A stretch of DNA of 64,000 nucleotides from the human T2T-CHM13v2.0 reference genome, Homo sapiens, in assembly GCF_009914755.1 (NCBI RefSeq), contig NC_060927.1; one strand, given 5' to 3'. This document shows, in pieces, positions 45,571-64,000 of the stretch (the stretch's first letter is position 1; every line of letters begins with the position of its first letter). The notes beneath the pieces are model-generated. The model was given only the letters and a program-made list of their open reading frames with translations. It ran no database searches and was not told the DNA's origin. The translations under genes were made by a program, and so were the position numbers.

Positions 45571-46601
45571 CTTGTGTTTCTTTGTTTGATAGATTAAACT
45601 AGAAAAATACTAACTACTTTTTTATATTCACTTAAATTTTGTAGAAATTTAAGTATATATAATTGTATAATAAATGTAGAAAAAATATTAACTACATTTT
45701 TTTATATATACTTAAAATTTTTTTTAACTTTCACTTTCTGCTTTTGTATATTTATAGTCTTTTGTGAATTGGCTTTTGTTCTCTAAAGCCCATGTGAGGT
45801 TCTTGTACCTCACCTCTCTCCCAGTTTATAAACTTTATATGGCAAGAATTTTGATCCTTTTCGTGTTGCAAACATTATTCCTGGCTTGTATCTCTTGGTC
45901 TTGTTTGGCTGATGGCATGTTTTTGTAACATAGAGACTTTTCTGTAGTCACATCTGTCAATTCATTTTCTGTGTTTCATATTATGCTTAGGCCTTTCCCA
46001 CCCCCAGGACAATAAAAACAATGTTTTCTTCTAGTAATTCTAGCACTTAGCCAGGTATAATATGTCGGAATCTTTTCCCAAATGTATAGTTTTCCCAGTA
46101 TTTTATTGTATTATCTTTTCTCTTTGACTAGAAATTTTTTTTATCACACAGTATATTTCCTACTTCCATGTCTTTTTTTATTTTTATTTTAAATAGATTT
46201 ATTTACGAAATAGAGATGGTGTCTCACTATGTTGCCTAGGCTGGTCTCGAACTCCTGCACTCAAGCAATCCTCCCACCTCCACTTCCCAAAGTGCTGGGA
46301 TTACAGGCATGAGCCACCATGCCTGGCTGTGTCTTTTGTTTTTTAACTCTTCTGTTTCATTCTTTGTCTGTGGGACAGTACTGCTGTCTTATTTGCGTCT
46401 GTTTTGTTTTATACGTATATACACAGATACATACACGCATACATATACATACACACAAACATTTTTTTTTTCCTTGGAGACAGGGCATTGCTCTGTCACC
46501 CAGGCTGGAGTATAGTAGTGCGATCATGACTCATCGACTCATTGCAGCCTTGGCCTCCCAGGCTCAGGCGATCCTCCCACCTCAGCCTTCTGAGTAGCTA
46601 G

Positions 46602-48123
46602 TATGTCCGGAATTGGTGGGTTCTTGGTCTCACTGACTTCAAGAATGAAGCCGCAGACCCTAGCGGTGAGTGTTACAGTTCTTAAAGATAGCGTGTCCAG
46701 AGTTTCTTCCTTCTGATGTTCGGACATGTTCAGAGTTTATTCCTTCTGGTGGGTTCGTGGTCTCGCTGGCTTCAGGAGTGAAGCTGCAGACCTCCACGGT
46801 GAGTGTTACAGCTCTTAAGGTGGCACGTCTGGAGTTGTTCGTTCCTCCCGTCTAGAGTTGTTTATTCCCCCCGGTGGGTTCGTGATCTCGCTGGCTTCAG
46901 GAGTGAAGCTGCAGACCTTCTCAGTGAGTGTTATAGCTCATAAAGGCAGTGCAGACCCAAAGAGTGAGCAGCAGCAAGATTTACTGCAAAGAGCGAAAGA
47001 ACAAAGCTTCCACAGTGTGGAAGGGGACCCGAGCGGGTTGCCCATGCTGGCTCGGGCAGCCTGCTTTTATTCCCTTATCTGATCCCAGCCACATCCTGCT
47101 GATTGGCCCATTTTACAGAGAGCTGATTGGTCTGTTTTGACAGGATGCTGATTGGTGTGTTTATAATCCCTGATCTAGACACAGAGTGCTGATTGGTGTG
47201 TTTACAATCCTCTAGCTAGACGTAAAAGTTCTCCAAGTCCCCACTAGATTAGCTAGACACAGAGCACTGATTGGTGCATTTAGAAACCTTGAGCTAGACA
47301 CAGAGTGCTGATTGGTGCGTTTACAAACCTTGAGCTAGATACAGAGTGCTGATTGGTGTATTTACAATCCTTTAGCTAGACATAAAGGTTCTCCAAGTCC
47401 CCACTAGATTAGCTAGACACAGAGTGCTGATTGGTGTATTTACAATCCTCTAGCTAGACATAAAAGTTCTTCAAGTCCCCACTCGACTCAGGAGCCCAGC
47501 TGGCTTCGCCTAGCGGATCCCGTGCCAGGGCCACGGGCGGAGCTGCCCAGCAGTCCCATGCTGCGCACCTGCACTCCTCAGCCCTTGGGCTGCCGATGGG
47601 ACCAGGCGCTGCAGAGCAGGGGGCGGTGCCCGTCGGGGAGGCTCGGGCTTCACGGGAGCCCACCGCAGGAGGGCTCGGGCATGGCGGGCTGCAGGTCCAG
47701 AGCCCTGCCCCACGGGGAGGCAGCTGAGGCCTGGTGAGAATTCGAATGTGGCACAGGTGGGCTGGCGGTGCTGGGGGACCCGGTGCCCCCTCCACATCTG
47801 CTGGCCTGGGTGCTAAGCCCCTCACTGCCCCAGGCCGGTGGCGCCAGCCGGCCACTCCGAGTGTGGGGCCCTCCAAGCCCACACCCACCCGGAACTCCCG
47901 CTGGTCCGCGAGTGCCGCGCGCAGCCCCAGTTTCCCGCCCATGCCTCTCCCTCCACAACTCCCTGCAAGCAGAGGGAGCCGGCTCCAGCCTTGGCCAGCC
48001 CAGAGAGGGGCTCCCACAGTACAGCAGCAGGCTGAAGGGGTCCTCAAGCATGGCCAGAGCAGACGCCGAGGCCGAGGAGGTGCTGAGAGCGAGCAAGGGC
48101 CACCAGCATGTTGTCACCTCTCA
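46602..48123 (-). mobile_element. LTR12 (ERV9) solo LTR, C/D/E type, inserted into an AluJ
   Basis: Minus strand TGAGAGGTGACAAC...CCACCAATTCCGGACATA; 8 tandem CCAAT boxes 47099-47435; 4-bp TSD ctag/ctgg; Alu resumes on both sides. Confidence 0.93.
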
Positions 48124-48316
48124 CTGGGACCACAGGTGTGTACCACCATGCCTGACTAATTTTTTTTGTAGAGATGGGGTCTCAGCTTGGACATTGGAAT
48201 TGCTAGCCAAAGACATTAGAGCAACTGTCAGCAATATGCTCAGTGGACTAAAGGAACCACAGATGAAGAACTGAAGGAGAGCAGAAATACAGTCTCTGAA
48301 CAAAATCAAGAAAGAG

Positions 48317-54177
<5,861 letters not shown>

Positions 54178-54183
54178 GGTGAC

Positions 54184-56770
<2,587 letters not shown>

Positions 56771-56779
56771 GTGTGACCT

Positions 56780-57160
56780 CCTAGCTACACTAACTACAAA
56801 TCCTAAGAATGCTAACCAGTAATACTGGTGCTACAAACTATGCTAACTAACTAATGAACATAATACTAACAATACCAACTGTATACTGACTACACTAACA
56901 GTGATAACCAACAATACTAATAATGCTAACCAGCAACATTAACTAAATAAAAAATGAAAAAATGAGAAAAACAACAAAGGAAGTGGAAGAAAAATGGGAA
57001 GAAGATATAAGAATTTAAAAAGTGGGACAAAAGAGTAAAGGAGGATGAGAAAATAAAAAGAAAAAATAATAAGAAAAAGGAAATAAAAAAATGACAAAAA
57101 GAAAAATGAGGACAAAGACAAAGTAGAGAAAAAAGAAATAAAATAGAAAAAAACACTACA
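56780..57160. repeat. Degenerate (ACTA/CTAAC) repeat followed by A/G-rich low-complexity tract
   Basis: 56780-56945 CTAAC-rich; 56945-57160 polypurine. Confidence 0.8.
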
Positions 57161-57840
57161 CATGAGGAAACAACATAATTGTGGTCTCTGTTTGTCAGGT
57201 CACCAAAAATCAGCTTACTGGGCTGTGCAGACCAAAAACCTACATCCAGCCAAGTGCTTATTTAGGTGTTTGTAATTCCAGAACAATGGCTCCTTATAAT
57301 ATCCAGAGCAAGAAATGGGCCAGTTGTAGCTAGGAATAATCCATAGTGGTTTTCTCACTTTTGGTCTCAAGAAGCTTTTCCTCTTTTTTTTTTTTTTTTT
57401 AAAGTGTTTATTCTTTAGGTGGGTTATAGAGGTTGATATTTATTTTTTTTGAAACCTGAAGTATGCTACAACAGCCTTTTTTATTTCCAGGTTCAAAATC
57501 TCTAACACCTTTTGGCTTTTAAACATGTCATAATGTGTACACTCAAAATATTCAATACCTTTTTCTGAATTAAACTCTGAATGTTTGGTCTCAAAATGAT
57601 GCTACAAATTAACTGACATCATGATACCCTAAGGAAATGTTCTGTTGCATAAGACACAATTGGGTACATTATTAACATCTGTAGAATGGAGAGGAGGATA
57701 TCTATTATTATAATTTCCCCAGAAGATCATCATCGGATTTCTCTTCAGAACCTTCAGGAACACAAGTTAGTGGGTGGATGTATTCAGTTATTGATGGAAG
57801 AAAACTGTCAGTTATGAATTCTAGATCCAGCAAAACTGAA

Positions 57841-63220
<5,380 letters not shown>

Positions 63221-64000
63221 TCCTGCGTTTGGTTTTTTAATTCTGCTTGTTTGTAGTGACATTCATCAAGAATGAATGACTTTAAAACAACAACGAAAAA
63301 TCTTTAGGGATTTTTACTCTTGGGCAAGCATGCTTCTGTCTCTGAGCATTAGTTTTCTCATATATCAGATAAAAGGGTTTGGAGTATATCAATGATATTC
63401 TGGTTGTGGACAGAACTCTTGAGGGTTCCTTGAACATGATCCTTTGGTAGCATTGGATTGCTCTCGGCCATCCCACGAATAGCTGTGTTTTATCTGTTTT
63501 TTGCTTAAGATTTAACATATGAGTTCATTTGAAATGTTTCTGTTGCCACAAAGAAACAAAATCCCTGGCTCAGAGTTTTAAGGGGACTTACTGTTCTAAT
63601 GCTACTCACTCAGGCTTTGGTTGAGTAGTAAACAGACTACAGCTTGTTTTTAAGTTCAGTGATCTTCAACTTACAGCCCCTGTGTTTTACAAATGAGTTA
63701 AATTAAGATCAGTATCTTCTGTTCAAATTCTTTTTCCAAAGAAATCCAAATGTGCCATAAGCTGATAGGTCTCTGGCCATGAAATATGGTTTCATAGTTA
63801 CATTGAGATTGTTGAGTAGCTACAGGGAAACTGAGAATTTACATTCTGAGGCAAATGGTTTAACCTAAGAGGAATAAGATTAAGTAAACTGTGTATTAGC
63901 TCCTCATAATGTGGCAGGAATTCAGTGTTAGCGGTGGAAAAGCCACAGGAGCTTAATGTGGTAGGTAAGGAAGGTTTATGTTAGTTCCTTTCCCCGATTA

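Noticed and set aside
47099-47470. Regularly spaced repeats resembling a repeat-spacer array
   Set aside because: These are the normal CCAAT-containing U3 tandem repeats of LTR12.
57680-57840. mRNA-like unique stretch open in two frames
   Set aside because: No recognisable protein, poly(A) or TSD; needs a BLAST search to assess.

Overview
Human or great-ape genomic DNA, very Alu-rich, with no intact protein-coding exon. The CpG island at about 30.6-31.6 kb holds the promoter and non-coding first exon of RAB7A (+ strand), which I recognised from memory of its 5' UTR. Everything from 31016 to the end of the window is RAB7A intron 1. Upstream lie an orphan CpG island (about 2.85-3.6 kb), a retroposed H/ACA snoRNA (SNORA24 copy with intron trailer, poly(A) and target-site duplication (TSD)) and a MER11 solo LTR. 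Intron 1 contains an antisense LTR12 inserted in an Alu, and an antisense, intronless, decayed MARK/Smok-type kinase pseudogene (probably MARK2P8) whose start-codon context is split by a full-length THE1 element. It also contains a short L1PA3-like insertion with a 3' transduction. Almost all supplied ORFs are Alu or LTR artefacts. I see no convincing new biological system. The best leads are the Smok-like kinase fossil, the possibly functional snoRNA retrocopy and several clear mutational scars. Repeat subfamilies and gene names come from recalled consensus sequences, not a database search. Coordinates of old repeats and Alu clusters are approximate.
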